Shown here piece after piece: positions 14,501 to 15,873 of a stretch of 15,873 bases of DNA (its first letter is position 1; each line of letters starts with the position of its first letter). Source of the DNA: Candidatus Altiarchaeota archaeon (GTDB lineage Archaea; Altiarchaeota; Altiarchaeia; IMC4; QMZM01); the NCBI GenBank assembly GCA_016931955.1, contig JAFGDV010000020.1, positions 1 through 15,873 of the forward strand. The letters run 5' to 3'. The notes under the pieces are model-generated. The model did not search any database, was not told where the DNA came from, and saw only the letters and a list, made by a program, of their open reading frames with translations. The translations under genes and the position numbers were made by a program.

Positions 14501-15873
14501 TTCGCATATATCTTCGCAGAATGGTTTCCTAACAGCCAACTGGTGTTTGTCTGCATTGTATGATTCGTCCAATTCTTGGGGTTCGGGAAAGGAAGTGATA
14601 TGGTATTATTGTATAATGTACTGCTTGTGGAATTGTATTCGGCTCTTGCTTCCTCTATGATTTCATCCCACCTAGCGTATATCAAAATGCTCTGTCCCCT
14701 GATTATAGAGGAATCATTCAGACCATAGATGCTGTTGTATAGACTAGGAGGCTGCGTTTCCGTCAGGATTATATTGAATACTGAACTATCTTCCAGAGTG
14801 AATTGGCTGTTATTCAAGAGAAAGTGAACTGGATAGTTTTCAGACCTGCTCGTATTCATCTCCAGTAGATAGTAGAATGTGCCATTCAGTCCTATATCTA
14901 TCGTCCCCCCCAAGGAGGTGTTCCACTTCACTATGCCATCAGACCAGTTGCCTCCAGTAAAGTTACTGGTCTCGTTTGAATACCATATATTTGTTGAGGT
15001 TATATTCCAGGTCTCATTCAGGAATTCATGGAGGATATTCCCTGAAATGTTCCATTCCTCCACAGATGAGTCGTTATTCCATAGAACAAATTCTACTCTG
15101 TAGATCTTTGTCGTGTAGAGATTGAAGGTTTTGTTTGTTCCACTCCCTATCAAATCCGTGGTGTTCGACTTCTTATCTGGAGCATCAGTCACATCATAAA
15201 CCCGGATAGTTGATAGTTGTATTATGCTGGGAGGCTTTGATATGTTGAATTCATCGTAGCCCGTCATGTAGGAGCCATCGGAATTCTTCAGCAGATTTCC
15301 ACCAGAATCCGTAAGCTCTACATACACCCTGTACAGGCCAGGTTCCTCTTTATCCGTATACCAAGAGATGCTGTTCCATTTATCATCCAATGGGAGATAA
15401 CCCCCAGAGGAGACATTATTGAGCTCTTTATCAACGATTAAGCCCCCAGGAACGTCTTCCCAAGCCCCGTTCTTTTTTTGAACCTTCATGGTCAGGTAGA
15501 AGTTCGTGTCCGCTGAGCCGTAATTAGATGCCTGCGATCTTGTTTCATAGCTTACCGTCAATGTTGGGGGGTTTGCTCCAGTGCTCCCAGAGACCTCAAA
15601 GAATTGATCCTCCCCAGACTCATTCAAGAAATAAGCCAAAAAACCTTTACCAGCAGAATGAGTCTCATTCAAAGACGTTGTAACATCAAAAACCTTCACA
15701 CCAGTCGTTGCCGCATTAAAGTTACCAATAGGATTGCTCTCAACACACTCAGAAGGCGGACCATCAGCAAAAATAACAGAAGCAAGAGTGCTACTATCAA
15801 AAGACTCATTAGCATGATAAAGATCACCCTGAGCACCCACACCAGCCGAAGTCACAGTAAAAGTCAGATTAGC
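11503..15873 (-). CDS. Giant Ig-repeat extracellular glycoprotein (adhesin-like), 5' end outside the window
   Basis: The frame is open to the window edge (ANLTFTVTSAG...), so the GTG at 15855 is internal. At least 1456 aa, very rich in N-x-S/T, Trp and Tyr, with tandem beta-sandwich repeats and no C-terminal TM anchor. Confidence 0.92.
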   Translation of the reverse strand, partial: ANLTFTVTSAGVGAQGDLYHANESFDSSTLASVIFADGPPSECVESNPIGNFNAATTGVKVFDVTTSLNETHSAGKGFLAYFLNESGEDQFFEVSGSTGANPPTLTVSYETRSQASNYGSADTNFYLTMKVQKKNGAWEDVPGGLIVDKELNNVSSGGYLPLDDKWNSISWYTDKEEPGLYRVYVELTDSGGNLLKNSDGSYMTGYDEFNISKPPSIIQLSTIRVYDVTDAPDKKSNTTDLIGSGTNKTFNLYTTKIYRVEFVLWNNDSSVEEWNISGNILHEFLNETWNITSTNIWYSNETSNFTGGNWSDGIVKWNTSLGGTIDIGLNGTFYYLLEMNTSRSENYPVHFLLNNSQFTLEDSSVFNIILTETQPPSLYNSIYGLNDSSIIRGQSILIYARWDEIIEEARAEYNSTSSTLYNNTISLPFPNPKNWTNHTMQTNTSWLLGNHSAKIYAKDLNNNWNNTLQYLTFFVYGQADITDSSLSNSTIIQGGNTTMSCRVTADNGSAISGYNVSFYNDTGGYLGWNLTNSTGWAQLTFNDSALGKKELICYIDDYLQIYFYGQQERRENLTVIEVQPPWYDIVGQNVTKVHRGEDILFYARWNDNNELDTAWLESNESGGWQNDSLTNPLILSGSQDWSNFSVTIPTDSILGPMGWRIYANDSFSNWNVTPMNTTVVWGYAIVNESSLAPNPIYVNETSTMSCRVVDYHNGSAISLYNVSFYSNETGYLNWSLTNSTGWAQWTYNDTTQGWELLTCNITSYPAKYYDPGTPSSASHALRAALPGEDTEPPSATVYGLNDTSIWKGESILAYAKWNETVGGANITYNSTSSTLRIYTPDTIANNWTNHTIVSNSSWIVGVHYVKINASDIWGNWNNSLSYLKFKVWGRSKVEWISPTTSEYRGTIPLRCRVYDKDNNVGIGNHPVDFYNSSLDYLDTVNTNASGIATYNWNGQNDSVGSKTFYCVIANNGYYNTTAADDDATGVFTLLGKLNVSIDNLTPSKVYHKGDTVVLNSTTRDENSQVVSSVNATWRNTTAQIATGEDTIWQIPSGHSLGPELITVNVTKQYYSSDTANVSIYVWGWSNITWVSPSSGSNHSQGSSITLTCRVRDVSSSSGILDYPVRFYYKNATEANYHYIGTDLTNSTGYAVYDWNTSGLSFGNYTARCNITDNSTLYYNNTVNNKANATIELESVGGVLEVYLMLPPTIPGDGSAELNSGYEVGKNKTFMIKANVTCRNANCGNVQGTVRYNLTALPDTAVNTSYDTPFFIVDAPTLNPKSCLNNPLDLNESCILNWTVNSTGALGSLWKLDVLFEGASAVNNNTNYTIIKITKVLIMHLSANSIDWGAVNPQTTCNPAPVNPINISLDENSNDAEGVYIRGAALTNGSSSIGVGNVTWAKVDVCGNGYDLTSSWANIRNFTAAGTSQETYYWIDIPAVPALRYHGYSYVMANATA
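12295..14751 (-). repeat. Four tandem ~200-aa two-domain (A+B) Ig-like repeats within the giant protein
   Basis: Units start near 14751, 14136, 13500 and 12903. Domain A: PP..G.N...I.RG.SIL.YARW...W.N...IYA.D..NNWN (divergent in unit 4). Domain B: V[YW]G...CRV....I..Y.V.FY...TN[SA][TS]G.A...C.I, with two conserved Cys. Boundaries are approximate. Confidence 0.85.

Noticed and set aside
15015-15035. ILHEFLN in the giant protein as a zinc-protease motif
   Set aside because: It lacks the second His of HExxH and sits in a beta-sandwich context.
15853-15855. GTG start proposed by the ORF track for the giant protein
   Set aside because: The frame stays open to the window edge and no signal peptide or SD is present, so the true start is outside the window.

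Overview
Archaeal DNA, probably from a DPANN-type lineage (inferred from GGTGAT Shine-Dalgarno motifs, very dense N-glycosylation sequons and giant Ig-repeat surface proteins). It carries two convergent gene blocks whose final stop codons overlap by 8 bp. Plus strand: the 3' end of a truncated gene and a complete secreted 331-aa beta-rich protein, both ending in a pilin/WxL-like 'I/V-P-Y-G...G...A' motif. These are followed by a small winged-HTH protein, two tandem MoxR AAA+ ATPase paralogues, a DUF58 protein, a BatA-like membrane vWA protein, an acidic repeat-containing cytoplasmic protein and a HExxH membrane metalloprotease. Minus strand: a giant (>1450 aa, 5'-truncated) Ig-repeat protein whose last domain carries similar pilin-like motifs, a membrane-anchored single-domain protein of chaperone/DUF916-like appearance, and a 1077-aa Cys-rich membrane-anchored multi-Ig protein. 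The main hypothesis, which is inference and untested, is a dedicated cell-surface fibre/adhesin assembly system coupled to a duplicated MoxR-DUF58-vWA chaperone module. No rRNA, tRNA, CRISPR array or mobile element was seen.
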